A DNA stretch of 64,000 bases, taken from an uncultured delta proteobacterium (GTDB lineage: Bacteria; Desulfobacterota; Binatia; UBA9968). Positions within the stretch are counted from its first letter, which is position 1. Each line of letters opens with the position of its first letter. The stretch is taken from positions 32,001 to 96,000 of the forward strand of contig CAWDPO010000036.1 of assembly GCA_963804165.1 (NCBI GenBank). Reading direction: 5' to 3'. Positions 51,294 to 63,788 of the stretch are shown in pieces. The position numbers and the translations under genes were made by a program. Below the pieces are notes generated by a model that did not search any database, was not told where the DNA came from, and worked only from the letters and a program-made list of their open reading frames with translations.

Positions 51294-52232
51294 ATGAAGG
51301 GTTATCTAGCGGCATTTAAGGGCGTCGAACGCTCAGCGCGACGATCGGGATTTGCGGTCCTCATAATAGCGCCGTTGTTAACGTGTATGGCCGTTACGTT
51401 GGTGACCGGACGTGTGCGCGCCGCCCAAAATCCTGCATCAGCCGTTCTCAAAGACATTCCATATGGCGGCGCGGCAAAAGCGGATCGACGGCGCAGTCTC
51501 GATCTTTATCTGCCGGCGAGATCGTTCAAGAGACCGCCGCTTTTGATTTTCGTGCATGGGGGATTTTGGCTGTTACCCGACGATGATTACAGTATTGGCC
51601 CATCGATTGCCGCTAACCTGGTACGGAACGGCGTCGCCGTCGCGCTGGTACGTTATCGCCTGGCGCCGGCGAATCGTCACCCCGCGCAGGCCGAGGACGT
51701 GGCCGCCGCCGTCGGCCATTTGATCAAACACGCGACTGAGTATGGTTTCGATGCTAAGCGCGTCTATCTGGCCGGCCACTCCGCGGGCGGACATTTGGCG
51801 TCGCTGGTAGCGCTCGATCGTACTTACCTCAGCCGCCACGGATTGTCGCCCAAGGCGCTGGCGGGCGTGGTTTCGATCAGCGGCCTTTACGACCTCGCGC
51901 CGTCGTGGAGTGTATCTGACAACCAAAAGCAGGCGACGGAGAAGACATTCGGCAATACTCCGGCGATTTTAAATCAGGCGTCGCCGATGCATCACGTCCG
52001 TGCCAATGCGCCGCGGTTTTTGATCGTTAACGCTTTTCAGGATTTTACCGGCTTCGCGCTGGACGCGCGCCGCTTCGCCGATGCCCTTCGCTCCGCGGGG
52101 AATAAAGAGGTTCAGCAACTCATGTTCAAGGGTGCGGATCATTTTACCATCGTCAAACTCGACGACGAGAACCACCCGGTGCGCAAAACGATCCTCGCGT
52201 TCATGGGCGTCAAGGCGCTGCCGCAGGCGTAG
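51294..52232 (+). CDS. Esterase/lipase (HSL-type alpha/beta hydrolase), probably exported
   Basis: LDLYLP, VHGGFW, GHSAGG. Confidence 0.85.
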   Translation: MKGYLAAFKGVERSARRSGFAVLIIAPLLTCMAVTLVTGRVRAAQNPASAVLKDIPYGGAAKADRRRSLDLYLPARSFKRPPLLIFVHGGFWLLPDDDYSIGPSIAANLVRNGVAVALVRYRLAPANRHPAQAEDVAAAVGHLIKHATEYGFDAKRVYLAGHSAGGHLASLVALDRTYLSRHGLSPKALAGVVSISGLYDLAPSWSVSDNQKQATEKTFGNTPAILNQASPMHHVRANAPRFLIVNAFQDFTGFALDARRFADALRSAGNKEVQQLMFKGADHFTIVKLDDENHPVRKTILAFMGVKALPQA

Positions 52233-52482
52233 ACTTGGAAGTATTTTGATAGGGCCAATTACGCGACAAACTTCACGACGGCGATTTGTTCCGATATTCC
52301 TACGCGTATCAAATTCTACATTATGAAGAATGTCGCGCCGAGAGGCTAAAAATTTGCGCAGCGCCGCCCAGTAACGTGACGGAGCCGCACACCATGCGGG
52401 TTTTGATTTTGTCAATCGATCGAGTCTGGAGTGGGGCACGGGTCCCGCGCGATAATCCAAGCCGGCGCGGTCGCCGCCGCAA

Positions 52483-53335
52483 TCAGTCCGGCGCGGCGAT
52501 GTCCAGCAGCACGGCCTCGGGATCGGCGCCCCAGCGAATCGGCAGCGCGATACTGCCCAGGCCGCGGGAGACAACCAGCAAGGCGGAGCGAAACGCGTAA
52601 ACGCCTTCATCGAGACAATAGCGGCTTTGCCTAATGATTGCGGGTCCGTTGGGCAGACGAATCTGGCCGCCATGGGTGTGTCCCGAGAGCATGAGCGGCA
52701 CGCCGCGCTCTCTCGGCATCATGAAAATTATCGGGGTTGTGAGACATCAGTAGATGGGGCGTTCCGTGGCCGGATAACAGTGCTTCCCAATCGGGCTTGC
52801 CCATGATCCGATCGTCGATGCCGCCCAGAACAAAATACTTGCCGTGGTGGGTTGATGACACGCTCTCGTTTTTGAGTGTCTTGATGCCGATCGTCGCGAG
52901 ATCTGTCGAAGTCTTTCCGGATCGCCGCCAAAATAATCATGGTTGCCAAAACAAAACCAAGCGCCCAGAGGCGCGGCGGTTAACGCTGCCAGCGAGTCAA
53001 ATATGGATTGGCCTCGGTGATGTGGCCCGTGACCAGGTCGCCGCGACGACGACCAGATCGGGGTTCTCCTGCATCAAAGCGTGGATGATCTGGGAGAGCG
53101 TTTGCGGTTTCAAAAAAATTCCTCCGTGAATATCGGAGATTAACAGCACTCTAAGCGGCGCCAAGTCCGGCGGGCCAACCGGCTGGCGCGAGTTTGTTTC
53201 AGCGAGAGAAAGCGCCGTTCCAGGAACCAACAATAGGGGCTCCAGACATGGCCAAAAAGCGGATACACGAAACGCGAAAAAGAAATGTCCAGGTAGAGTT
53301 CGCAAAGCTTGATCAGTCCGCGGCTCGGGATTCAT
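52483..53335 (-). CDS. YkuE-like metallophosphoesterase, multiply frameshifted
   Basis: ISDIHGG, SHNPD, LSGHTHGGQI, VSRGLG in separate frames. Confidence 0.75.
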
Positions 53336-53628
53336 CAAGCGGCGCTCATCGCCGGTCATCACTCGCGGCGGGGGGAGCCGCCGCCTCTTGAGGATCGTAG
53401 AATGATTTACGGTTGTGAGAATCTCGGCGCGCATATTCAAAGAAGACATTGTAACCCGCCGGCACTTTGAATTCACGCCGAATTTCAGCTGCTTGACAAA
53501 TTTCGTACTACGATCGTTAAAAGTTTTCGCTATGTGCGCAAATGTGTCCGGGATGGGACACTCCTACGCCGTACAAACTTACAGGTGCACGCTAGGCACG
53601 TACCAAAACTTGAAAGCGCTCCACCTCT

Positions 53629-53693
53629 CCTCCCCCGCGTCGCGGGGGAGGATGAAAGGGGGGGAACTTCGCGGGCTTCGTTTACTTCGTGGT
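53629..53693. repeat. CCTCCCCCGCG-T-CGCGGGGGAGG hairpin repeat plus three CTTCGNNNN nonamers
   Basis: Direct inspection. Confidence 0.65.
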
Positions 53694-53715
53694 TAAGTGA
53701 GAAAGCATGCTTGGA

Positions 53716-55550
53716 TTAGCGCCGCATCTGTTCGATCCACCGTTCATTTTTGCTTCCAGGAGATCGAGCGGTAGCGCGCCGTCTTTGAGCAATTCGTCAT
53801 GAAAGGCACGAATGTCGAACTTGGAGGCGAGCGCTATCTCGGCTTTCCGGCCGGATCGCCGAAATTTTAGCTGGCCGATTTTGTAGCCGAGGGCTTGTGC
53901 CGGCACCGCAATATAGCGATCGATTTCCGAGCTGGCGCCACTTTCGCCGCTCATAGTCGTGTCCATGAGAAACTTAATGGCTTGCTCGCGGCTCCAGTTC
54001 TTAACGTGCAGGCCGACATCGACGACGAGGCGGGCGGCACGAAATAATTCGGAATTCAGCCGACTGAAATATTGCGATGGCTCTTTGTAAAGCCCGAGCT
54101 CCGCACCGATGCTTTCGGCATAAAGCGCCCAGCCTTCGACGAAGGCGGTGTAATCGGCGAAACGTTGAAAACGCGGCAAGTCTTCGCGCTCCTGCTGCAG
54201 CGATAGCTGAAAATGATGACCCGGAAGCGCTTCGTGCAAAAAGAGCGGCTCGGAAGCACGGCGCGGGCTACTTTCGATCCTCGCCGCGTTGACGTAAAAG
54301 ATGCCGGGGCGCGAGCCGTCCGGCGAGGCGGTCCAGTATTGCGACGGCGCAGCTCTTTCGCGAAATTCTTCGATGGTGCGGATCTCAAACGGCGCCTTCG
54401 GTATGCGGCCGAAAAGTTTCGCAAGCTCGGGCATGACCATGCGGCGGATTGCTCTCATAACCTTTGACAAGATCGCTTCGATTATTGATAACCGCGGGGC
54501 GCGTTGGCGCTAAGATAGTCGGAAAACTCTTTCAGGTTTCCCGAGAAACCATATGTGCGCGCGCAGCTGCTCCATTTCCTTTTTTATCCGCGCGACCTCT
54601 GCCATGCCCAACTGAAAGATTTGATCCGGAGTGAGATCGGTTGTCGTTTGGGTTGTAACCAGATGCTCGTACCAGGCGTTTCCATCGGGGAGCGCGGACA
54701 AAGCCGCGGTGCTACGGGTTTTGCCGAGGTAGTCTTCTTTCAGGAACGCCAGCAAAAGGCGGTAGGTCGGCACTATCTGCTGCTCGACGGCTTCCGTGTA
54801 CGCGCGCGTGAGACGGGCGCGCTCCGGTCCGCTGAAATGATCGGGCATGCGCAAGATCGGCTGGTAAAACAGACTTGTTTTCGCGTCGCCGACGATCATC
54901 GCTTCGATCTGGGGCAAGGTTCTTTCGATGACGACGCGCGGCTGCACGATGCCAAGGTCTACGCCCTTTTGCAGATTTACGATCGCGGTTTCGACCCAAA
55001 GTTGAAATCGTTCGATACGTTTCAGAAAATTTTCGTAATCGGCAACGGTTCTGAACGGGTGGGATCCGCTGCCTGAGCCAAGCAACGGAAACTCGACAGC
55101 AAGACTGGCGAGCTGGCGCACGGGCTGAGATGCTGCTTGAATCGTTGTCCGGCGATAGTGAGCCTTAGGTTGCGCGTGAAAACTTCAACGATAAAGACGC
55201 TCTTTGGGATCGATTTCGTCTAACTGAATCTCCGCCACCCGATCAAGGGCGTGTTGAAAAAGGCGGCGCTGCGCGCCGATATGTTCTTCGCTAATGGCGA
55301 TTTCCAATTGGTCGTCGTAGCGATGGTCGCCGATCTCCGTTGCGAAAGTGGGAAATAGCGTCAAATAGGCTTCAAAATAGCTCTCGAAAAGTTCGTGGAG
55401 CTTGCGCGACTCGCTGGAGGCGGTTGGCAGATGCCGGAGCACCGCGCTACAGCCGAACAGAGTTAGACAGAGGACAATTGCCAGCGTGTAAGTGAAAACG
55501 GCAAAGTTTGATTTGCCGATGCGAAACAAGCTTCGTCGGTGCGGCGCCAT
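53716..55550 (-). CDS. DUF885 family lipoprotein, multiply frameshifted
   Basis: LFGC lipobox-like, HEALPGHH, EGWALYAE, PAQALGYKIG. Confidence 0.85.
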
Positions 55551-55706
55551 GATTTGGCGGCAAGAGTAAGGCAGATATGAGGGACGGGTCAAGCGCCCTC
55601 GACGATGGCGGGACGGCTGATGAGGTAAGCTTGACTTTATAGAGGAATCCCGTATTTTCGCTCGCAGCGTCAGGGCTGACGGCTAAATCGCGGGAGGAGA
55701 TCGCAC

Positions 55707-57329
55707 ATGCTTATTTCGCCAAAGAAATGATGCCGGCTCATTTTATGAAATTACTGTTTGCCGTTGCTGCGCTGCTGATTTTACCGATCCTCGGAATTGC
55801 GGCCGAAGCGCCCCGATCCGGCGGTGAGCTGGTTTTCGCCGTCGGCGGGACGCCGCCTTCCTTCGACGGTCATCGTGAGACGACTTTCGCCATGCTCCAC
55901 CCGCGTGGCGCCGCACTACAGCACACTGCTGAGATTCGATCCGCAAAATTATCCGAAGATCGTCGGCGACGTGGCGGAAAGCTGGCAGATATCAAAAGAC
56001 AGACTTACTTATACCTTCAAGCTTCGAAAGGGAGTTCAGTTTCACGACGGCAGCGTGTTGACCGCCAAAGACGTCAAGGCAACTTACGACAAGATTATTT
56101 TTCCACCCGAGGGCGTAGTGAGCGCGCGCCAGGCGACCTACGCCGTTGTGGATAAAATGGAGACTCCGGATGACCAAACGATGATCTTTCGTTTGAAGCA
56201 TCCGTCCGCTTCTTTTCTCGCCAACCTGGCTTCTCCGTGGAATTTCATTTACAAAGCGGAGATTCTCGCTAAAGATCCGCGCTGGTATGAGAAGAACATC
56301 ATGGGCACCGGCCCGTTCACTTTTGTCGAGTATGTAGCGGGTTCTCACTGGGTGGGCAAGAAGAATCCGAATTACTTCATGAAAGGGCGACCGTATCTCG
56401 ACGGCTATAAAGCAGTCATCATCCGGGACACGGCGCCGCGCGTCGCCGCAGTGCGCAGCGGGCAGGCGCTGGTCGAATTTCGTGGCTTCAATCCCGGCGG
56501 CCCGCGACGACATCGTCAAGACCGCAGGCAATCAAGTCACCGTCCAGGAAAGTCCCTGGGTCTGCAATCTTACGGTGACGATTAATAACGAAAAAAAACC
56601 GTTCGACGACGTGCGAGTTCGCCGCGCCCTCACACTTGCGATCGATCGCTGGGGAGCATCGAAGGCGCTGTCGCAGATTTCGGTGATGAAGTACGTAGGC
56701 GGGCTTTTCCGTCCCGGTTCCGAATTCGCCATGCCCGAATCCGAACTCGTCAAGCTCGCCGGATTTGGAAAAAACATCGAGGCTGCGCGCAAGTGAAGCG
56801 AAAAAATTGCTAAAAGAAGCCGGAGTGCCTGAGGGTTTTTCCTTCACGCTCAAGAACCGTAACGTCAGAGAGCCTTACGAGGTTACCGGGGTCTACGTCA
56901 TCGATCAATGGCGCCAGATCGGCCTCAATGTCAATCACGTCCAGCAGGAAGAAGGAGCTTACTTCAATGATTTTCGCCAGGGCAACTTTGACGCCGGGAT
57001 CGACTTCTCCTGTGATTTTATGGACGACCCGGATCTCCAGCTCTTCAAGTTCATGAGCAGCGAAAAGAGTCCCGTCAATTACGCGAGATACAAAGACAGC
57101 GTGTTGGATGAGTTTATACGACAAGCAGAGCCGAGCTACAGACCCGAAAGAACGGCTGAAGCTCTTAAGGCAATTCGAAAAGCGCGTTATCGATGAGAAG
57201 GCATATCAGTTTCCCCCCACCCTCTGGTGGCAGCGCATCGTGCCGCACTGGACGAAAGTGAAAGGCTGGAAGATCACACCGAGTCACTACGTCAATCAAG
57301 ACCTCAGGGACGTCTGGATGGCGCAGTAA
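55707..57329 (+). CDS. Peptide/nickel ABC substrate-binding protein (family 5), frameshifted
   Basis: YTFKLRKGVQFHDG, GTGPF, PFDDVRVRRAL; GGAGG RBS. Confidence 0.85.
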
Positions 57330-57337
57330 GTGAAGGC

Positions 57338-57395
57338 GAGGATAGGGATCGAGAATTGAGGATTGCGCCATCCTCTATCCTCGATCTCGATCCTC
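57338..57395. repeat. Heptamer-repeat palindrome (GAGGATN)n/(ATCCTCN)n
   Basis: Between the SBP and permease genes. Confidence 0.75.
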
Positions 57396-57410
57396 AGACC
57401 TGCTTGAATA

Positions 57411-58365
57411 ATGCGCCAATACATCCTCAAACGCCTCTTGTTAATGATTCCGACTTTGTTCGGTGTTGCCGTATTTATTTTTTTGCTGCTCCGCGTCTTG
57501 CCGGGAGACATTGTCGAACTCAAATACGCCGGTACTGGATCCTATGCGCCGAAGGAGGCGCTCGCCCGCGAACGCGCGCAACTGGGTCTAGACCAGCCTA
57601 TCTGGAAACAGTTCATCACCTGGATCGTCGGTATTCCTCGCTTGGACTTCGGCACATCCATGTGGACGGGACAGCCCATTAGCCACGAGATTGCTATTCG
57701 ACTTGAGTTGAGTATCGAGCTTGCCTTGATGGCGACTTTCGTCGCGGTCCTCATGTCCATTCCCCTCGGGAACGATTGCTGCAGTGAAGCAGGACAGCTG
57801 GATAGATTACTTTGTGCGGATTTTCTCCATTGCCGGACTCTCCGTCCCGTCATTTTGGCTCGGCATTGTCATCATCCTCACTTTCATCATCTACTTCCGC
57901 TGGATGCCACCGCTTATCTTTACTCCGATCTGGGTCGATCCGAAGGCGAATCTTTCACAGTTAATCTGGCCGGCCCTGGCGGTCGGCTACCGTTATTCGG
58001 CCGTGGCGACGCGTATGACGCGCTCGGCGGTGTTAGAGGTATTGCGCGAAGACTATATCCGCACCGCGCGGGCGAAAGGGTTATGGGAACGGGCTGTTGT
58101 CTTTCGCCATGCACTCAAAAATGCGCTGCTGCCGGTGATTACCGTAATCGGACTTGAGTTTGCGTTTCTCGTCGGCGGTCTGGTGGTGACCGAGCAGGTG
58201 TTCAACTTGAACGGTATCGGCAAGCTCTTTGTCGAAGCGATCAGCCAGCGGGACTACACCATGGTGCAGAGTCTGGTGTTGCTCACTTCATTTGTTTTTA
58301 TCTTCGTAAATTTTCTCGTTGATTTAATAAACGCCTATTTGGATCCGCGCATCCGCTATCGGTGA
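57411..58365 (+). CDS. Peptide ABC permease (DppB/OppB-like), one frameshift near 57775
   Basis: YILKRLL, DFGTS, DYIRTARAKGL, LDPRIR. Confidence 0.88.
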
Positions 58366-58386
58366 AGCGAACACAAAGATGGAAGG

Positions 58387-58459
58387 CGTTCAAATAGTTC
58401 AAAACGTTCAAGCGGTTCAAGACGTCAGATCATGTTGAACCGTATAAACCGTTTGAACG
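58387..58459. repeat. Nonamer-repeat palindrome (NGTTCAANN)4/(TTGAACCGT)n
   Basis: Between the two permease genes. Confidence 0.75.
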
Positions 58460-58468
58460 AGCTGCGAC

Positions 58469-59365
58469 ATGGCAAGAACTAGCGTTCAAACCTTGACTCT
58501 TCCCGCTGTCTCTCGCCTTGATCGGTGGCTTGAGGCATCTTCCCGCTTCACCCATCAGCGCCCGTTAGGTGCCGTCGGGGCGGCCATTATAGGCATCATG
58601 ATCGCGGCTGCCGTCCTTGCGGGGTTCGTTTCGCCGTACGATCCGTTGGCGACGGATTACGGAAAAATGTTACAGGCACCGAGTTCATTTCACTGGTTCG
58701 GAACGGACTCTTTCGGTCGAGACGTATTCACCCGGATCATCTACGGCTCGAGGACTGCTTTATGGATCGGGTTCGCGTCTTCCTTCCTTGGGGCAACCCT
58801 TGGAGCGCTCATCGGCGTAACCAGTGCCTATTTCGGCGGCAAGATCGATCTCCTGCTCCAACGTTTCATGGATCTGCTTTTGTCGTTTCCATTGGTCATT
58901 TTGGCGCTGGTGGTTGTTTCGTTGCTGGGCTCCGGAATGACGAATGTCATCTTCGCCATCACGGTTCCCATGGTACCGCGCTGCGCTCTCGTCGTGCGCA
59001 GCAGCGCCCTCGCTTTGCGTGAGATGCCATTTGTCGAAGCCGCGCGCGCTCTCGGCTTCGGTCCGTTGCGCATCATTGTTCGCCACATGATGCCCAACGT
59101 CATGGCTCCCTATCTGATCATGCTGACTGCGTTTCTCGGTCAGGCGATTCTTTTGGAGGCCTCGCTTTCCTTCCTCGGTCTCGGCGTAGCGGAACCGCAG
59201 GCAGCCTGGGGTCTCATGCTGCGCGGCGCCGCCGTCGAGTTCGCCGAACGCGCGCCGTGGATGGCGATCTACCCTGGGCTCGCCATCAGTCTTTCGGTTT
59301 TCGCCTTCAATCTTTTCGGCGATTCATTGCGCGACGCCCTCGATCCCAAGCTGCGGCTGCCGTGA
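58469..59365 (+). CDS. Peptide ABC permease (DppC/OppC-like)
   Basis: FGTDSFGRD, FVEAARALG, GDSLRDALDP. Confidence 0.92.
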   Translation: MARTSVQTLTLPAVSRLDRWLEASSRFTHQRPLGAVGAAIIGIMIAAAVLAGFVSPYDPLATDYGKMLQAPSSFHWFGTDSFGRDVFTRIIYGSRTALWIGFASSFLGATLGALIGVTSAYFGGKIDLLLQRFMDLLLSFPLVILALVVVSLLGSGMTNVIFAITVPMVPRCALVVRSSALALREMPFVEAARALGFGPLRIIVRHMMPNVMAPYLIMLTAFLGQAILLEASLSFLGLGVAEPQAAWGLMLRGAAVEFAERAPWMAIYPGLAISLSVFAFNLFGDSLRDALDPKLRLP

Positions 59366-59422
59366 ACGATGTTCGCGAATCTTCGACGTCGAAGATCATA
59401 GGACAATCGGCCGGGGGCACAA

Positions 59423-60078
59423 TTACGCAATCGGCTTGTCGGTGTAAAACTGACGCGTGAGCGGTACGCGATCCTTGTTTCGGTTCACCGGGACGGTGTT
59501 GGCGCCTAAGCGTGGCCTTTCCGGTGTCGATGTTCTTTTGGCTGCCGCGCTTGTCGTCGTAACTCTGCTGCACTTTGAATAGCTCCGTATCGCGTCATTT
59601 CCACTTTCCGCATCACGCCTGCTTGTATCGACATAATCGAAAGCGACACGGCGCTGATCCTTGAATATCCGAACCAGCCGGCCGTCATCGGCGTCGATGA
59701 TTCTGCCGATGGTCCGCAGGGTTTCGCCAAGGCTGTAAATATCGGGAACTTTGCCGACTTGCGAGCGCCGATGAAGGCCCGCTTGATCCAGGCGGTTCAC
59801 TTCCGCCGCGTCGTAGGTCTGCTCGATAGTCGCTAATTCGATGCCTTCCGGTGCCTTAGCGAGGCGATAGTTGATGACTTGTGGACGACTTTGTCGAACC
59901 CTGATTTTTCAACTTGTGGAGTCCGTTTCTCGGTTCTTTTGCGGTCAGCATCGCACGCGAACCTCAAAGTTCGTCTCCCTTGTAGTCGATCTCCACCTTT
60001 TGCGGAATTAGATCGGCGAGGTCCTGGCCGATGACTCGCAGGGCATGTGCATGGAAGCCGGCAGGGCTGTTGGATCAT
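59423..60078 (-). CDS. Hypothetical protein, frameshifted (ends approximate)
   Basis: Protein-like segments HALRVIGQDL and SLGETLRTIGRIID in different frames. Confidence 0.45.
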
Positions 60079-60509
60079 GAGTTTGAAAGTGTCGGATAGT
60101 TTCACAGATTAAAAATCGGGGCTGATCACTGCCCATGAAGAAAAAATCCCAACGTTTGTGCGAGTTTCGACTAAGGAGATGACAGGCCCCTAATCGCTGC
60201 GCTGCAACAGATCAAGAATTTGAGCGATAGCTCGGTGCAAATTGAACCCTTTGACCCTAAGGTTACTCAAAAACGGAAAAGTCAGGAGAATTATTGGCTC
60301 GAAGTTCCAAAGCCGCACTGGGCAATGCTCGGCGGCGAGGTGCCACTACTAGGTTCTAGCGCGCGGTTAAAGAGGGGCTCAGTCGAACACCGCGAATTCA
60401 ATCTTTTTCGCCTCTCACCTTGACCCCAGCCGATAGCGGCGTATTACAAGCGAGAGATGCCGCTCTTCGGCGCGGGAGTCGGACTCAGTGGAAAAGGGAA
60501 GCGGCGATC

Positions 60510-61599
60510 ATGGCTGCAACAAATCTGAGCAAGCGGCGAACGAGCTCGGAGCGAAGACGACATATCAACTATTCCTGGAAAACGAAGGTGTGCCGGCGGT
60601 CCAGGGTTTTCACATCGAGAACATAAACAAGTCGAGCTTACATCCCTGGGCGCGCGTCGGGCGGCCGCGGAGTTTACCTCAACCTGGAAGGGTCCGAGGG
60701 AGTCAACGATTGCTACATCTGTGAGATCGCGCCCGGACAATCGCTCGCGCCACAGAAGCATATGTTCGAGGCGCTGGTTTATGTCGTCAGCGGCCGCGGC
60801 GCGACGACGATCTGGCAGGACGGCGGCAGACGGCAAACTTTCGAATGGGGCGAGGGCGCGCTGTTTTCGCCGCCGCTCAATGCGCGGTATCAGCACTTCA
60901 ATGGTCAAGGCGATAAGCCGGTGCGGCTTTTGGCGATGACCAATGCGCCGACCGTGCTGAATCTTTATCATAACATCGATTTCGTTTTTAATTGCGACTA
61001 TCGCTTCACCGATCGCTACGCCGGTGAAGACGATTTTTTCAGCGGCCAGGCGAAGATTCCCGGCGCGGGCTTTCACGACACCAATTTTATTCGCGACGTG
61101 CGAAGTTACGAGTTGCCCGAAAGAAAAGACCGCGGTGCGGGTGGCAGGATGATCATGATCGAGATGTCCAACAACGTCATGTCGGCGCATATCTCCCAGT
61201 TCCCGGTGGGGACCTACAAGAAAGCACACCGGCACGGCGCTGGCGCGCATGTAATTATCCTGCGGGGCGAAGGGTTTTCAATGGTGTGGCGCGAGGGCGA
61301 TGACGTCAAACGGTACAACTGGCACGCCGGCAGCTTGCTCGTGCCGCCGGAACGCTGGTTTCATCAGCACTTCAACGTCGGCGGCGAGCCAGCGCGCTAT
61401 TTGGCGCTCAAGCCCTTCAGCAGCCGAAAATTTCCCGGCCTGCGCAAACAGTGGGGTACTTCAGAAAGCGTCAAGCTCGGCGGAGATCAGATCGAATACG
61501 ACGACGAAGATCCGCATATTCGCCAGATGTTCGAAGCGGAATTGTCCAAGCGTGGCGTGGCGAGCCAAATGGGTCCGTGTTTACAAGGCTGCGAGTTGA
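60510..61599 (+). CDS. Bicupin protein, frameshifted at both ends
   Basis: QKHMFEALVYVVSGRG, YKKAHRHGAG, WFHQHFN; likely real stop at 61597-61599. Confidence 0.8.
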
Positions 61600-61613
61600 C
61601 TGTGAACATTGTC

Positions 61614-62636
61614 ATGAGCAAACTTTGTTTGCTAATAGGGTTCATCGCTATTTGCACGCCGAATTCGCCTCTCGACGCTGCCGACAAAGTGCGCATCTCA
61701 GTAACCAACCCCAATATGTCCTTTCTTCCGTCGGGAGTCGCTTTCAAAAAAGGTTTTTTCAAAGACGAGGGCCTCGACGTAGAGATCATCCGCATGAACG
61801 TGCCGAACATTATCACCGCGCTCGTAACCGGAGATGTTGGCTATACCTTGCTCTTCGGCTCGGTCGTGCGCGGCGCGCTTCGGGGCATGCCGATGCGCGC
61901 TCTCGCGAGCCTCTTGGATGGTTCCACTCACGCCTTGGTTGCCAAGCCTGAATACAAATCGGGCAAGCAACTTAAGGGAAAAATCGTCGGCATCGGTAAC
62001 TTCGGCGGCACCGACGAGGTGGCTGGTCGAATGATGCTCAAATCCTTTGGCCTGGATACGGAGAGAGATCTCAAGTTCATCGCCCTGGGGCCGGATCGAG
62101 CCCGTCTCGCCGCGCTGAAGGAAGGTCTGGTGGATGTAGCCGTAATTGCCCCGCCCGGTGACGCCCTAGGAGGGCAGATGGGATTCAACGTCCTTCTTAG
62201 GGCGTACGAGGTTTTTAGTTTCCCATTCATCGGCATCGGCGCCAATCTCAAAACGATCAAGGAGAAGCCGGATGAGGTTAAAAAAGTAGTAAAGGCCATG
62301 GTGCGAGCAAACCGTTTTATCCGGGACGACAAGGAAGGCGCTGTGAGGATCCTGATGGAATGGGGGAAGATAGAGCGTGACCACGCTGTGGCTTCCTACG
62401 ATTCCACCTGGAAGGTCTTCAGTCCGGACGGAAACATTCCACCCGAAGGTTTGCGCATGGTGTTAGAGCAAGCCAAGACGGAACTCAAGCTAAAGCGCGA
62501 TCTGCCCCTGAGTGAAATCATCGATTTGGCGCCGCTTCAGGCGGCGCAACGAGAGCTGGGGATCAAAAAACTGAAGGTTCCGCAGATCCGCCAGAGTCCG
62601 TCGACGGATGCTCAGGACGAACGAAGGAGATTTTGA
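61614..62636 (+). CDS. ABC substrate-binding protein, SsuA/NMT1 family (true stop probably near 62574)
   Basis: Own signal peptide MSKLCLL; KKGFFKDEGLDVE, LKGKIVG. Confidence 0.8.
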   Translation: MSKLCLLIGFIAICTPNSPLDAADKVRISVTNPNMSFLPSGVAFKKGFFKDEGLDVEIIRMNVPNIITALVTGDVGYTLLFGSVVRGALRGMPMRALASLLDGSTHALVAKPEYKSGKQLKGKIVGIGNFGGTDEVAGRMMLKSFGLDTERDLKFIALGPDRARLAALKEGLVDVAVIAPPGDALGGQMGFNVLLRAYEVFSFPFIGIGANLKTIKEKPDEVKKVVKAMVRANRFIRDDKEGAVRILMEWGKIERDHAVASYDSTWKVFSPDGNIPPEGLRMVLEQAKTELKLKRDLPLSEIIDLAPLQAAQRELGIKKLKVPQIRQSPSTDAQDERRRF

Positions 62637-62726
62637 GATCAGTGAGGATAATTTGCCGTCATGCTGAGGTTCTGCGAAGTTCCGAACCTTTTTGCTTGCG
62701 GCTTTGCGGATTACAAAGGAGACGAC

Positions 62727-63788
62727 ATGTCGGAAGAAGAACTTTTACGCGAGCTCGATAAAAAACTGCGTGGCTTGAGTGTCGAAGGGTTGTGGTCGCA
62801 GGCATCCGAGGCCGACATGGCCACCTACAGCAAAGACCCCCATACATCAGTGCTGCCGCATGTATGGAAATGGCCGGCGCTCTACGAGGCAATCCAGACC
62901 GTGGCGAACATGCACGGTCTCGACGGCAAAGCGGAGCGGCGCGTGCTCAGGCTGATCAATCCCGCCTACCAAGACCAGAAAAACCGCCGGCAACGAACGA
63001 CCACACATACGATGCTGATGACCTTGCAACTGTTGAAACCGGGCGAGGTGGCCCACGATCATCGACATAATTTCGCCGCGTTCCGTTTCATCCTGAAGGG
63101 GAGCGGCGCATACACCGTCGTTGAAGGCGAGAAAATTCCCATGCAGGAGGGCGACCTTATCCTCACGCCGTCGATGACGTGGCATGGACACCGTAACGCT
63201 GGCGAGCCCGTCGTCTGGCTCGATGGTTTGGATAATCCCTTACTGTTTTTGCTCCAGGCGATCACCTGGGAAGCATTCCCCGGCGGCCTCCAACCGATGA
63301 AGCAGGTCTCTGAGCACACAACGCCGCGGGTCGGCACGACGCGGCCGGTATGGGAAAAGATTTCGGAACGTCCCACCTATAACTTGCACTACAAATGGCA
63401 GGATACGTACGAGAAACTCCAGCGCCTGAGCGACGGGCCGGGAAGTCCTTTCGACGGCGTGGCGTTGGAATACGTCAGCCCGGACGGCGGTCACACGATG
63501 CCGACGTTATCCTGTGGTATTCAAATGTTCCGGCCGGGAGAAGTCACCAAAACGCACCGGCACAATTGCAGCACCATCTATCACGCTTTTCGAGGAAACG
63601 GCGCGACGGTCATCAACGGTCAAAAATTCGAATGGGAGCAAGGCGATTGCTTCGTTGTGCCGCTGTGGAACTGGCACAGCCATCAAAATCGCTCCCAAGC
63701 CGAGGCCGCGATTCTTTTTTCGGTGAGCGATCTGCCGGTAATGGAAGCGCTCAAGCTTTACCGTGAGGAAGCGGCAGAGGGTTCGTGA
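62727..63788 (+). CDS. Gentisate 1,2-dioxygenase-like bicupin
   Basis: AERRVLRLINP, HDHRH, WHGH, WLDGLD, HRH, WHSH; AAGGAG RBS. Confidence 0.88.
   Translation: MSEEELLRELDKKLRGLSVEGLWSQASEADMATYSKDPHTSVLPHVWKWPALYEAIQTVANMHGLDGKAERRVLRLINPAYQDQKNRRQRTTTHTMLMTLQLLKPGEVAHDHRHNFAAFRFILKGSGAYTVVEGEKIPMQEGDLILTPSMTWHGHRNAGEPVVWLDGLDNPLLFLLQAITWEAFPGGLQPMKQVSEHTTPRVGTTRPVWEKISERPTYNLHYKWQDTYEKLQRLSDGPGSPFDGVALEYVSPDGGHTMPTLSCGIQMFRPGEVTKTHRHNCSTIYHAFRGNGATVINGQKFEWEQGDCFVVPLWNWHSHQNRSQAEAAILFSVSDLPVMEALKLYREEAAEGS

Noticed and set aside
60762-62636. Apparent cupin-SBP fusion protein (624 aa)
   Set aside because: The SBP has its own signal peptide at 61614, and a 1-nt shift gives the cupin a stop at 61599; region is error-rich
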